Part shown: piece after piece, positions 37,948 through 51,794 of the stretch | Layout of the letters: the number at the start of each line of letters is the position of its first letter | Numbering within the stretch: position 1 is the stretch's first letter | NCBI RefSeq assembly: GCF_039654945.1 | Contig: NW_027361707.1 | Coordinates: 36,270,001 to 36,334,000 of the forward strand | Source of the DNA: Dendrobates tinctorius | Taxonomy: Eukaryota | Reading direction: 5' to 3' | Length of the DNA stretch: 64,000 nt | Program-made: the position numbers and the translations under genes | Notes under the pieces: generated by a model | What the model saw: only the letters and a program-made list of their open reading frames with translations | Databases searched by the model: none | Told to the model about the DNA's origin: nothing

Positions 37948-38541
37948 TTAAGTGCTCTGTGAAAGTGCAGTGTCTAAGCACTTCCTAAAGCTTTGCCTCC
38001 CAGGCTCTCTTTCCTCTTTTTGACTGACAACTCAAGAGCTTGATCACACAGTGTGTGCTGTCAGATAAGCAGAGGAAGGTGAGGCTTTTAGCAAGAAATA
38101 GAGTCAGAGAGACAAGGATGTTCTTTGACACTCCACTTAAGTCTCATTTGCATATGAAATAAAACAGTGATTTTTTTTTTACCTGGGAGCACCAAATTAA
38201 TTAATTAATGGTATGGATGCCATTAAGTTTTGTAGAGCAACATGACCATAGAAGCAGTTTCTGGGGCTGGATCGTGCAGACGTATTCCTTTTAAAACCTG
38301 GGTGACAAACTGTTCACCATCAAGGAACCTGCCAGCTTTCACAGACTCCTAAGTGACAAGGTTTCCTACATGTTTTTGTATAAGTACGCAGATTGAAAGC
38401 TGTAACGGTGGACATGGTGGTTTCATAACTGGTCTTCAAAAAAAATCTCAATGAAGATTTTCTCCTTTTGTAGCACTACTGTATTAGTTGTGATATTGTT
38501 ATGTGGATTTCTCATGCCTCATTTTTCACTGTGTATCGCAG

Positions 38542-38807
38542 GTCTGTTCATCGTGTTTGCCGTTACCAGCTTTATTGCTGCTGTCCAACTTCATCAACTA
38601 ACAGAGAGGATTGCAAATTTTAGAGAAAATGTCTTCAGGATCGTCATCCTAGAGGAACATTACGAGGACTCCTTCTGGTTGTGCGTGGCAAGTGGAGCAA
38701 CTCATGCCTTTAACATTCTGCTCATGGCAGCAAGTACGATCCGTCTTCCTAAATTTAAGACGAAGACAGAGGAGGCAAATGTAAATGCCGAGGACATCAT
38801 GTACTAA
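38542..38807 (+). CDS. CLRN2: Clarin-2, coding exon 3 (266 bp including stop); spliced CDS is 699 bp, 232 aa
   Basis: atcgcag|GT CTG TTC.. translates as GLFIVFAVTSFIAAVQLHQLTERIANFRE..EEANVNAEDIMY*. Phases fit exons 1-2. AATAAA at 38885-38890. Confidence 0.96.
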
Positions 38808-41579
38808 TCCTAAGGGATTTTTTTTACAGAAGGAAGTAGGAGCAGATATTCCATATTTTGGTGCAGCATTTCAATGGAAGGTATAATAAAAACTTGCTTG
38901 TATCAAGTGAATCTCCCTTGTGGATCAGTTGGTTCTCCATGACCTGGATAATCTTTTGGACCTCTCGCTTTGGACATGTACAGATGGGGTTTGGACTTTC
39001 AGTTACTGGATCTTCGATATGATATGGTAGAAGGTGTATCTAACATAACTTCAGAAAGAAGAAGCTGGATTTGGAGCCTCTATCACCATCATCACATTCC
39101 AACTCTCATGATCTGATTTCAGATCCTTCTTATTTCCATTCTCCCTGATATAAAAAGCTTTGACTTTTCCTGAGGATAGTTCACTGTCTCCCACAAGAAC
39201 ACTCATATGTTTTCTTATTTAGCCATGTGATTAATTTCATCATTTGTTTTATCCTTCAAGGTGAGATAGATATGTTCAAACCTTAGTATCGTCCTCCAAA
39301 ACTGCTGTATATACATAAGGAAAATAAAATTTTTCAAATTATCCAGAAACCAGGGCTGGATCCCGCCAATCATTTTCCTCTCTGTTTAACCTAAGCCCCC
39401 CATACACATTAAACTAAATTCATCCAAACTCATGGATATGTGTAGAAATGACCGACAGTCTAAAGCATCTGGTGACCTCCTGACTCTCCGCTTGATAGAT
39501 GATGCTGGAGAGGAAAAAGATCCGCAATTTGTAATTTCAATGGCTGATCCTTTTTTCAGGTCACAGATAAGGTGCTGCAAGAGCAGTCTGGCAGTGGCTC
39601 ACTCATAGAAAGCTTATCGTGGGGCATTAAGACAGTGGACATCCATCTAATAGAATGTGGAGACCCAGTAGTTTCACTTACCAGCCCAATCCTTTATTCT
39701 GAATATATTTCAAAACAATCCAGTTTCCCAAAAATATCCATTATGGAATATAAAGCACTTAGTATTATTTTTTTTTTAAATTTTTTTAACTGATTCTCTT
39801 AGAGAAGTTATCGGTGGGATGACCAGCAATGATCGAAAAGCAGCTGAAAATCGCAATGTTGCTTGGTAAGATTGAATACAATTTTCATCTTCACCTTACA
39901 CCCTCAGAAGAAGACTTGTCACTATGTTCATGTAGCAGGAGTTGAGTTTTGGCATATCCGTTCTATTTGTAATTTAAGCAGGATATAATAGTGCACTACT
40001 ACATTATAAAATAAGTTGTGCCACCATTATAAAACACAAGGCCTGGGGAAATAAATCTGCTTGCACTCCCTTCTCCTTTCTCTTTTTAATGGCTGACAGA
40101 TTTCAGTCCAAATACTCAGAAAAATGACCTTCTGATATCTTGTGAAAATAATACATTGGTGAAACCAGCAATAAATTCATGGCGGTGACCGAAGATGAGT
40201 AGGGATTAAAGGGAACCTGTCATGGCTCCAAACTGGGGTTAATCTGCAGGTAAATACCGTTACAACGCAGCCTGTTCACAGTACTGGGATGAAATCAACT
40301 TTATTTCTCCCGGGAGAAGCTTTCAGTCATGGGGCAGCTACAGTAACTGATCACAGCGCGGCTCACTATACCGTAAGATTACTCCTGTAGTTTGGTTGAC
40401 GACTCGCTGTACACAGACGTGCTGCAAAGGGAGCTGTCAAAGTATGGGTGGGCTTACCTCCGCCGCTCACTGTGTACTGACCAATGACTGTAGCCGCTCT
40501 GGGCATGCCTCTACGACTGAAAGCCAGAGGCTTCCAGGAGAAAATAAGTTTGTTTTCTCCCATTATTGTGGCCGGAGAGCATTGTAAAAGTGTTTTATCT
40601 GCAGATAAATAGCATTTGGAGACATGGCAAATTCCCGTTACGAATATTGGACAACCCATTGAAACCACCCAGAGTCTGATTCAGAGTACAATGCTACAAC
40701 CATTTCACCTCTGCTGATCCAGCACTGGGTACCAGATTCTTCCCACTGATCATTCTCAGTGGTCCATGGGGTGTATGAAGCTGTCATTTCAGGTCGTCAG
40801 ACTCGGGCTGGTGCTTACATTCATAGTTAAGCTGCACATACCGTAATTCACTTGTGTGAAACTAACCTAAGGCTCTGCTCCCAGATATCATCCGCACTGC
40901 GGACCTCCCGCAATGAAGAATATGCAGCGATATCTGCAGCGGCATTTAGCACTATGGATATCATTTAGAAGAAGTAATGCAACTTGCACCTCCATTCGCA
41001 GAATAAACATGAGGCCGATCTCAAACCTGCGGTTCCTGACAATTTACATTACGGATATACTGTATTTTGCAGCATGTGCAAAGATTTTTTTGAGCTCTCA
41101 TGCACTGTGCTGGCGCTGTAATACGCAGCAGATATTCTGCAAATGAATACGCAGTGGAAAATCTGCTATGTTTTCACACAATGGGGGGACGTAGACTTAC
41201 AGTGCACTGCAAATAGTGATCAGGGCAGAAGGGGTGATGTGAGGTCCGCAGACCCTTTTATTTATATCCATTAGATTCTATGGATGGGGATGATCATTTT
41301 AAGTCAACCCTTGTTCCAGATCAAAGACAGAAGAGTAATTTTCTGTTAATTGAAAGGTATAAAATAAGCAAAGCATTCCTCGGTCACTGCCTAGTCATTG
41401 GTAAGGGAAGCCATCCATTAGGAGATAGCAAGATTGCACAATCCAAGGAGTCAAATAAGAATAGAAATCATCTGTTTTTAACATTCAGATTTCTCTGTAA
41501 TAATAAAACATTGGTAATAAAACCGCTTTCATGTGGTTTACTTAATCTCATCGAGCCTTATACAGACAACGCATGCAGA

Positions 41580-41895
41580 CAGTGGCGCATCGTGTTGCCA
41601 ACGCCTGGGCAGTGCCAGTATTGTGACCCCTAACCAAGTAATAATGCCCTATTTAAGCAAATAATGCCCCTTGTGTTCCCCATCTCCCCTGCACATAGTG
41701 CACCATTTTGCCACTTGCGCTGGGATACTGACGTGTTATGGGCCATAGTCTCGAGGACAGAGCGTGGTGGCTCACTACTTTATCACAGGGTCCATCCCTA
41801 TTGCTATCATCAGAGATCCAGGGAGCCCGGACAGGAGTGAAATTTTGAACCTGTGAGTGACAACTACCCCTGTGTCCCTACATTCTATGTCACTG
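41580..41895. mobile_element. hAT-type MITE
   Basis: CAGTGGCGCA..TATGTCACTG ends, with 8-bp flanks CATGCAGA / CCTGCAGA. Confidence 0.65.
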
Positions 41896-42671
41896 CCTGC
41901 AGATCCTCCTCCGCAGCAGTCTGTGCAACTCTTCACAAACTTTTGGCACAATTTATTAGGCTCATAATATCAATCTAATCTAATTTTTAACATTTTTTAC
42001 AAATTTTTCAAAAGTTATTATTGCAAAATATTGAGTAAAATTCAAAGAAGTGGTTTGGGGATTCATTTTCTTTTGTACATACCTGAGATGAATACTGTAT
42101 TGTGTACCCTGACCCAACCAGATATGTGTTTTTGGCCGCTGTACCTGCCATCTCTACGTCATGCAGCTTCATTAAATACTGAGAAGCTGCAGCTGCATCC
42201 CCCTCCTCCTGTTTAATAATTTCTGTTCTCAATCAGTGATGGGCAAAGATGTCTTTTGGGTGATCTGGATCATTTGACTCCTCTCACCAAGAGTCATCTC
42301 TTTTTTATCCCAAATAATCCTTATTAAATATGTGTTTACCTGCAATTGAACACTTATTTAAGGGAAAATTACTGCAGTCCGATACTTTAAAAACCAGATC
42401 TACCTGAAGCCAGTGAATGCCAGAGCGTTTTTCAGACTGGGTGGGTAGGGTTTCTGTAGTAATGGCAGCCAGACACTGGCATCTTTACCCCCCCGGTAAG
42501 AGCCATTCAGTAGATGTAAGTGGCTCTCACTGGGTTGCTGGATCCCATCACTCTCAGCAGGCAGTCGGCTCTTTTTGCTGGACCGGTCGAACAAGGTCCA
42601 TTACTAATTTTAATGGTTTTGGTGACAAATGAGGTTTTAATAGGGTGTAACAGTCTTTTTGAAGGTGTAAA

Positions 42672-42830
42672 CAGGAGCGTAACTACAGTAGTTGCAGGGA
42701 ATGCAGATGCACCCTGCCCTGGAGCCTAAGGGGCCCAAACGTCCTCCTTGGCCAATATGAGAAGACCAATATTTAGGGGTCCTCTTGGAGATTTTGCATT
42801 GGGGACCATGAGCTTCAACTTACACCACGG
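42672..42830. mobile_element. hAT-type MITE
   Basis: Exact 8-bp TSD GGTGTAAA (42664-42671, 42831-42838), with degenerate CAGGAGCGTAA ends. Confidence 0.65.
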
Positions 42831-44284
42831 GGTGTAAAGGAGGTCGAATTCCCCCTAAAAGACTCTCACAAGTACTAATGTATTGTCCAAGACGAGCACT
42901 ACAAAAAAACCTAAAGGAACATTTAAGACCAGGAGAATGTGACCCAGGTATTTAATCATTCTGCTAATGCAAGTCTGGCTGGATGTAGGGACGGAAAGCT
43001 GAACTCCATGCGCAGAGTCATCTTTCAGCTGAGTGGATCACGTTACTGTGATTACTTAATTCATTCGAGGATTCGGCTCTGGGGAGCAGGACGCAGATAA
43101 GGCCCCGGCTCTCTGCCGCAGGATATGATGCTTTCACTAATTGCACTTTTTCAGGCCATGTATTTACGGTGTACGTTATCAGTGACAAGCGTTATCCTGT
43201 ATGATGAAGACACCGGTCCGGCATTAGAGCGCGACATGGACGTTTTACCTCCCACATTATGCCGGTTTGTTGTTTTTTTATAAATTTGAGTACTTTTTTA
43301 CCCATAAAATATTCCATCGCGCTGGGTCCACTTTGTATTTCATCTGGTCTTTCCCAACCAGAAGCGCCAAAGTTCAGCATTGTGCTCTGCACTTCTTGTT
43401 AAGTTTGATGCTCAGACGTCACAAGCTCCGGGGCGTCTCCTACCGCTCCTTCCCTCGGCTCTATATCATACGCTGACCCCGCTCGCTGCTCAGCCTCCTA
43501 AACTTCTAACTTCCTATTCACATGCAGCGTTTTTCCTAGGATGTTTTTGCCATGAAAAACTGCAGACTTTTACTGTACCAGCAAAATGATTCAGATTCCT
43601 GAGGTCTTGTGCATACGCTGCTTATATTTTACTTGCAGATGTGAAGCAGTTTCATATCCGTCAGGTCAGTTTTTTCAGCGTTTTTCATTCATTTAAATGA
43701 ATAGGGTGAAAAAATCATCAAAAACACGGCAAAAATGCGCATGTTTTACCAGTGTTTTTCCTATTAACAGACACATTTTTGGTCCAGAAATGTCTGCTGC
43801 AGATACATAATGTGTGCACAGTCCCTATAATGCGCCTCTCTGTCGCACGCTTGTATGAGCCAAGGGCTATAAACCCATCATGAAGTCATTGCACTAGGAG
43901 GAGCCGTATTTCTCTCTTGGGCCGGGGTCACACTAGAGAGAAATACAGATGAGTGAGAGGCGTTAAAAGCACACATTACACACGGACAAATGATTCTCTA
44001 TGGGGTACATCGCACCAGCCGTATATTTCTCATCCGTATTCTACGGTCCGTGCCAATCTCAGCATGCTGCGATTCTCAGCGTACTACGCCAATGCAAGTC
44101 TATGGGTGCGCAAAAAATACGGATTACACACGGACCACACGTGTGACCTGCAAGAAATACGCAGGTCTTTTGGCTGCTGACAGGAAATGGCCCAATCCAT
44201 CATCAGGAAGCTGATACATGCAAATCACCTCAAATAGCGCTCCAGACATCCAGGAAGTACGCCTCCACGGAGTACAGCAGCGTC

Positions 44285-46070
44285 ATGGCGACATTTTATC
44301 TGAATGTGGAAACGCTAATTGTCCTGGTGCAGGAGCGTCCCGAAGTATGGGACCAACGTGATGCCCATTATGCCAACCGGGCAAGAAAGGAGGCGTCATG
44401 GAGGCGCATATGTAGGCAGATGTTCCATGACTTTGGTGATCGGCCACGTGAGGAGCAGCAGAAAGTAAGCAGGAGTAAGTACAAGCCAAAAAATTAGTAA
44501 AATTACCGGACAACAAAAAATGAATATAGAATCGGCACCCCCCTTCCTGTGCTTGTACTTTTTTCCTCATGAGGCCGTTAGATATTGATGTGACACGTGG
44601 TTTGACACTGCAATAATTTGGCCCAGGCCACAAGCTCCTAATCCTCCTAGCCAAACAAGTTATTAAGTGTAGTTACTTGATACATCAACTAATGTGACCC
44701 TATGTATCTGGCCTTTATGCCCCAATTAGATATGCCACCATGGGTAGAAAGCACACCCCAGAAGGCCCCATGCCTAGACCACTGGTAGCAAATGTGACCG
44801 ATGATCAAATATGTGAATTTGACAATATTTCCTGTCACATTGCAGTGGAAGATGTGATGAGATGCTGGCGAAGCATCCGGGACCAATAACGCTGGGAACG
44901 TCAGCAGCGGTCCAGGAGTGGGGATGCGGGCTACGTCAAGAGAAAGTACATATACTATGACCGCCTCTCCTTCCTCGCCCCAATTCTGGATCTCAGACCG
45001 TAAGTAGATACCTCACACCACATTACACAGATACTTTGCAGGGCCAAAAATATTTAGTTGTTTTTGGCTCTGTTCTATTTCATAACAGAACTCAGTCCAA
45101 CCTTACGGACAGAGGAACTGGCTCCGAAACTGACCCCATCATCAATCCTGTGTCTGCAGGGGAAGAGGTGGCTGGCCAATCTTCTCCGCCTACTAGGAGC
45201 ATGGCTGAAGATTTTAGTCTGGAAGTGCCATTGCCTGCGAACCAAAGCCCACAGCCAGGACCATCTGGTGCTGCTGCAGCATCAGTAAGAGCAGAGGAGC
45301 AGGGCAACATCAGCAGCAGCCCAACTGGCCACATCCGGGGCTCCCCACACCCTGCTGCCACATCCCGGTGAGGAAGAAGCCGAAGGCGGCAAATACCTGC
45401 CACTGATACCCACACTAATGTGGACACCGGGGTCCTAAATTATTTATCCAGAGTAAATAGTGATGATGGGGAGGAGGCATACTCACGCAGCCTGGCCCTT
45501 TATCTCCGTGCCCTTTCCCGTGAGGTCAGGCTCCGTATTCGAGGATGTTTTCAGATCCTGCTTGATGCGTGCACATACCCCAATACCCCCTACGAATTAT
45601 TTGAATATATTGAGAGGTGGTAGCTTTCCCCAAGAAATCTCATGCGCCTTAGGCACCCCCCACAAATGCATGCTCAAGCAGGATCTGAGGATCCTCAAAT
45701 ACGTGGGCCTACACCTCACCCCCTTCCTCCCACTACCCAACCTTCAATACAGCAGCCACAAATGTCTGCCTCTAGCCAACCACACCAATATGGCCACTTG
45801 TTCCCACCCAGTGTTGGAGGCTGGTCCCAACCTGGTTGGGGATGATATGGCTATCTTGGTGGGTATGAGACACGTGCCTAACACAGCCAACAAGACGCCC
45901 CTCCTCATTATTACTCTGGCCAGTACCACCAACAATCACAGGAGGCAGGACACTACCCACATCATGGGCAACAGTATGGCCCCACACAGGGCGATGTTGG
46001 GCAGAGTAGCCAGCAGCAACCACAGGCTGCTCTTCCGCCTTCTCCTTCCCCAACGTATAAGAATTTATAA
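44285..46070 (+). pseudogene. Harbinger Myb/SANT (MADF)-like DNA-binding gene; 3 exons (44285-44474, 44846-44999, 45089-46070); premature stops
   Basis: 'LIVLVQERPEVWD..Y..KEASW', then 'WRSIRDQ*R' (TAA at 44887) and 'KYIYYDRLSFL'. Further stops at 45369 and 45621. GT-AG sites are in phase. A BESS-like segment and a Pro/Gln-rich tail follow. Confidence 0.85.
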
Positions 46071-46137
46071 TTCTGTGTCCACAATCAGTCTGATGCCAGG
46101 AGATGTCCAGTGCGGTTTCACCAGTGATACAAATACC

Positions 46138-46654
46138 AATCCAAAGGAAAAAACAGGTGGTCTCCATCACCAAACTTTGTGAAAAAAGTGACAACTCACA
46201 TTTTTTCAGACAGATATTACCTTACGCCTTTCAGACAGATATTACATGTCTGTACAAAAGAGAATATTTCACCATTCTATACTGGTCAAGTGAAAGGATG
46301 AAAATACACTACTCACTTGTTAAGACATAGAGAGCGCGTGATGTTCTTAAGGCTGGTCGCCTTGATTTGTGACTATAGATAGCTGGCTAAAAAGGTGACT
46401 ACTTCACTAAGGCCAGCACGCCTGTTCTAGGCATTAGCAAGTGAGTAGTGTATTTTCATCCTTTGACTTTACAGTATAGCGCGGTGAAATATTCTCTTTT
46501 GTACAGACATATAATATCCGTCTGAAAGGTGTAAGGTAGCCTTGCCTGTCATGGTGGAATATTAATATGATTGGAAAACATTCAGAAGAAATGTGAGTGT
46601 TACCTTTTATCAATAATTTTGGTGCTGGAGACCACCTCTTTTTTCCTTTGGATT
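46138..46654. repeat. Long imperfect inverted repeat (arms 46138-46323 and 46434-46654)
   Basis: For example AAAGGATGAAAATACACTACTCACTTG vs CAAGTGAGTAGTGTATTTTCATCCTTT, and TGTCTGTACAAAAGAGAATATTTCACC vs GGTGAAATATTCTCTTTTGTACAGACA. Confidence 0.9.
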
Positions 46655-47299
46655 GAAAATTTCTTATGTAGCAATGTTGTTATTGCATAATGTTATTTTG
46701 TGTTCTGTTTGAAAATGTTACTTTTCAAAAAAGTTTTCTTATGCAAAAAGGGCAATTTGGCCCATTGCCACAGTTTTCATATGGCAATAATATGTTTGCC
46801 TTTTAACCCCTTCACTACCAAGGGTGGTTTGCACGTTAACTACCGGGCCAATTTTTACAATTCTGACCACTGTACCTTTATGAGGTCATAACTCTGGAAC
46901 GCTTTCATGGATCCTGGTGATTATGACATTGTTTTCTCGTGACATATTGTACTTCATGTTCGTGGTAAAATTGCATTCAAATAACTTGCGTTTATTTGTG
47001 AAAAAAACGGAAATTTGGCGAAAATTTTGAAAATTTCGCAATTTTCCAACTTTGAATTTTTATGCCCTTAAATCACAGCGATACGGCACACAAAAAACTT
47101 AATACATAACATTTCCCACATGTTTACTTTACATCAGCACAATTTTGCAACCAAAATTTTTTTTTGCTAGGAAGTTATAAGGGTTAAAATTTGACCAGCG
47201 ATTTCTCATTTTTGCAACACCATTTTATTTTTAGGGACCACTTCGCATTTGAAGCCACTTTAAGGGGTCTATATGATAGAAAATACCCAAAAGTGACAC

Positions 47300-49990
47300 C
47301 ATTCTAAAAACTGCACCCCTTAAGGTGCTTAAAACCACATTCAAGAAGTTTATTAACCCTTTAGGTGCGTCACAGGAATTTTTTGAATATTAAAAAAAAA
47401 ATGAACATTTAACTTTTTTTCACAAAAAAAATACTTCAGGTTCAATTTTCTTTATTTTACCAAGGGTAACAGGAGAAATTGGACTGCAAAAGTTATTGTG
47501 CAATTTGTCCTGACTACGCTGATACCTGATATGTGGGGGGGAACCACTGTTTCGGCGCATGGCAGAGCTCAGAATGGAAGGAGCGCCGTTTGACTTTTTC
47601 AATGCAAAATTGGCTGGAATTCAGATCGGACGCCATGTCACGTTTGGCGAGCCCCTGATGTACCTAAACAGTGGAAACCCCCCCAAGTGACCCCATTTTG
47701 GAAACTAGACCCCCCAAGGAACTTATCTAGATATGTGGTGAGAACTTTGAACCCACAAGGGCTTCACAGAAGTTTATAACGTACAGCGGTACAATTAAAA
47801 AATCATATTTTTTCCACAAAAATGATCTTTTCACCCACAATTTTTATTTTTCCAAGGGTAACAGGACCCTAAAAGTTTTTGTGCAATTTGTCCTGAGTAC
47901 GCTGATACCCCATATGTGGGTGTAAATGACTATTTGGGCGCATAGCAGAGCTCGGAAGGGAAGCAGCGCCATTTGACGTTTTTGGCTAGAATTGAGATCG
48001 GACACCATGTCGCGATTGGAAAACCCCTGATGTACCAAAACAGTGGAAACCCCCCACAAATGACACCATTTTGGAATCTAGACCCCCCAAGGAACTTATC
48101 TAGATGTGTGGTGAGAACTTTGAACCCCCAAGGGCTTCACAGAAGTTTATAACGTACAGCAGTACAATTAAAAAATCATATTTTTTCCACAAAAATGATC
48201 TTTTCACCCTCAATTCTTATTTTTCCAAAAGTAACAGGACCCTAAAAGATATTGTGCAATTTATCCTGAGTACGCTGATACCCCACATGTGGGTGTAAAC
48301 CACTATTTGGGCGTATGGCAGAGCTCGGAAGGGAAGCAGCGCCATTTGACGTTTTTGGCTGGAATTGAGATCGGACACCATGTCGCATTAGGAAAGCCCC
48401 TGATGTACCAAAACAATAGAAACCCCCCACAAATGACACCATTTTGGAAACTAGACCCCCCAAGGAACTTATCTAGATGTGTGGTGAGCACTTTGAACCC
48501 CCCAGTGCTTCACTGAAGTTTATAACGTCCGGGCGTGAAAATAAAAAAATCGTATTTTTTCCACAAACATGATCTTTTAGTCCCCATTTTTTTATTTTCC
48601 CAAGGGTAACAGGAGAAATTGGACCCCAAAAGTTGTTGTCCAATTTGTCCTGAGTACGCTGATACCTCATATGTGGGAGAAAACTACTGTATGGGCACAC
48701 GTCGGGGCTCGGAAGGGAAGTAGTGACGTTTTGGAATGCAGACTTTGATGGAATGGTCTGCGGGTGTCATGTTGCGTTTGGAGAGCCCCTGATGTACCTA
48801 AACAGTGGAAACCCCCCACAAGTGACCCCATTTTGGAAACTAGATCCCCTAATGAACTTATCTAGATGTGTGGTGAGCACTTTGAACCCCCCCAGTGCTT
48901 CACAGAAGTTTATAACGACCGGGCGTGAAAATAAAAAAATCGTATTTTTTCCACAAACATGATCTTTTAGTCCCCATTTTTTTATTTTCCCAAGGGTAAC
49001 AGGAGAAATTGGACCCCAAAAGTTGTTGTCCAATTTGTCCTGAGTACGCTGATATCTCATATGTGGGAGAAAACTACTGTATGGGCACACGTCGGGGCTC
49101 GGAAGGGAAGTAGTGACGTTTTGGAATGCAGACTTTGATGGAATGGTCTGCGGGTGTCATGTTGCGTTTGGAGAGCCCCTGATGTACCTAAACAGTGGAA
49201 ACCCCCCACAAGTGACCCCATTTTGGAAACTAGACCCCCTAATGAACTTATCTAGATGTGTGGTGAGCACTTTGAACCCCCCAGTGCTTCACAGAAGTTT
49301 ATAACGACCGGGCGTGAAAATAAAAATATCGTATTTTTTCAACAAACATCATCTTTTAGTCCCCATTTTTTTTATTTTCCCAAGGGTAACAGGAGAAATT
49401 GGACCCCAAAAGTTGTTGTCCAATTTGTCCTGAGTACGCTGATATCTCATATGTGGGAGAAAACTACTGTATGGGCACACGTCGGGGCTCGGAAGGGAAG
49501 TAGTGACGTTTTGGAATGCAGACTTTGATGGATTGGTATGCGGGTGTCATGTGCGTTTGGAGAGCCCCTGATGTACCTAAACTATTGAAACTCCCCACAA
49601 GTGACCCCATTTTGGAAACTAGACCCCCCACGGAGCTTATCTAGATGTGTGGAGAGCACTTTGAACCCCCAAGTGCTTCACAGAAGTTTATAACGCCTGG
49701 GCGTGAAAATAAAAAAAACATTTTTTTCCGCAAAATTATATTTTTGCCCCCAGTTTTTTATTTTCCTAAGGGTAACAGGAGAAATTGGACCCCAAAAGTT
49801 GTTTTGTAATTTGTCCTGAGTAGGCTGATACCCTACATGTGGGGGTAAAACACTGTTTGGGCACATGGCAGAGCTTGGAAGGGAAGGAGCACCGTTTGAC
49901 TTTTTCAACGCAGAATTGGCTGGAATTGAGATCAGACGCCATGTTGCCTTTGGAGAGCACCTGATGTGCCCAAACAGTGGAAACCCCCAA
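47300..49990. repeat. Tandem array of ~374-392-bp units
   Basis: Marker AAGGGTAACAGGA (or a variant) at about 47462, 47854, 48228, 48602, 48992, 49382 and 49768. Confidence 0.93.
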
Positions 49991-50033
49991 TTATAACTCC
50001 AACCCTAACCTCAACACACCCCTAACCCTAATC

Positions 50034-50181
50034 NNNNNNNNNNNNNNNNNNNNNNNNNNNNNNNNNNNNNNNNNNNNNNNNNNNNNNNNNNNNNNNNNNN
50101 NNNNNNNNNNNNNNNNNNNNNNNNNNNNNNNNNNNNNNNNNNNNNNNNNNNNNNNNNNNNNNNNNNNNNNNNNNNNNNNNN
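50034..50181. other. Assembly gap (148 N) at the telomere-like tract
   Basis: The N run is preceded by CCCTAACCCTAATC. Its flanks match those around the (CCCTAA)n tract in copy 2. Confidence 0.97.
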
Positions 50182-51794
50182 ATAAATACATTTTCTTTTA
50201 GTTTTATTATTTTTCTCTAACTAAGGGGGTGATAACGGGGGGTTTGATTTACAATTTATGGCGGTTTTTATGTTTGGCGGCTGTCGCACGCTAAAAGACG
50301 CTTTTTATTGTAAAAATAGTTTTTGCATCACCACATATTGTGAGCTATAATTTTTCCATATTTTGACCCACCGAGTCAAGTGAGGTCTTATTTTTTGCGG
50401 GACGAGTTGACGTTTTTATTGGTACCATTTTCGGGCACGTGACATTTTTTGATCGCTTTTTATTCCGATTTTTGGGATGCAGAATGAACAAAAACCAGCT
50501 TTTCATGAATTTCTTTTGGGGGGTGCGTTTACACCGTTCCGCGTGCGGTAAAATTGATAACGCGTTTTTATTCTTCGGGTCAGTACGGTTACAGCGATAC
50601 CTCATTTAGGTCGTTTTTTTATGTTTTGTCGGTTTTTTGCAATGAAAACAATTTTATATAAAAAATAATTATTTTTGCATCGCTTTATTCTGCGAGCTAT
50701 AACTTTTTTATTTTTTTGCGGATGATGCTGTATGGTGGCTCGTTTTTTGCTGGACAAGATGACGTTTTCAGCGGTACCATGGATATTTATATGCGTCTTT
50801 TTGATCGCGCGTTATTGCACTTTTTGTTCGGTGGTATGATAATAAATCATTATTTTTTGCTTCGTTTTTTATTTTTATTTTTTAAGGGGTTCGCTAAAGG
50901 GGTTAACTAATGGGACAGTTTTATAGGGCAGGTCATTACGGACGCGGCGATACCAAATATGTGTACTTTTATTGTTTTGTTTTTTTTTTTATTTTCAAAA
51001 AATGGATTTATTGGGGAATATTTTTTTTTTTTTTAAATTATTTTTAACACTTTTTTTTTTTTTTTTTTTTTTTACTTTATTACCTTGTCCCAGGTGGGAC
51101 ATCACTGTCCTGTGACAGATCGCTGATCTGTCACATCACAGATCACTGTGACAGATCAGCGATCTGTCACAGGCACTGCTGCAGACTTCCTCATGCCTGC
51201 GCTTTGCAGGCACTGAGGAAGCCAGCTTCCTCAGGCCCCCGAAGGCCCCCGTCGCCATCTTGGATTCGGGGGCCTGGAGGAAGGGAGTCCCCCGCAGCAG
51301 CGCTGCACATTGCGCTGCCGTGGGGGGCTCAGGGAAGCACGGAGGGAGCCCCCTCCCTGCCGATGCTTCCCTTTAACCCCCGGTACACCGCGATCGCGTT
51401 TGATCGCGGTGTGCAAGGGGTTAACGTGTCGGGGGCGGTCCGTGACCGCCCCTGACACATTGTGCCGGGTGTCAGCTGTGATAATTAGCTGACACTCGGC
51501 CGCGATCAGCGGCGCTCACCACGTGGGCGCCGCTGATCGCGATGACGTAATATTCCGTCCATGGTAATTAGGTCCATGGTCACATGGACGGAATATTACG
51601 TCAATTGTAGGTAAGGGGTTAAAAAACAAACAAAAAAAAGCAAAAGTAAACATTTGTCTACTACAGTTTACGTATCTGTGTGATTGATCAAAAACAGTGT
51701 CAGCATACTAACATACGCTTACCAATGCAATGAAACAGTCATAGAATCCGAAGGGGTATAAATATATATATTTAGACACACATAAAACCCAAAA

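Larger units (their letters stand above)
46807..51618. mobile_element. Non-coding piggyBac-ended element, copy 1, with 7 internal ~390-bp repeats and a telomere-like tract
   Basis: TTAA-CCCCTT...AAGGGG-TTAA. Colinear with 54731-57883. No transposase ORF. Confidence 0.85.

Noticed and set aside
38451-38541. N-terminal extension of the 118-aa ORF as a stand-alone membrane protein
   Set aside because: Intronic read-through upstream of the CLRN2 exon 3 acceptor.
45460-46182. 240-aa ORF as a separate gene
   Set aside because: Alternative frame over the disrupted Myb/SANT exon 3, with no recognisable domain.
47420-49990. Recurring short ORFs such as 'MTFWNADFDG..'
   Set aside because: Translations of the ~390-bp tandem units; frames are not maintained between units.
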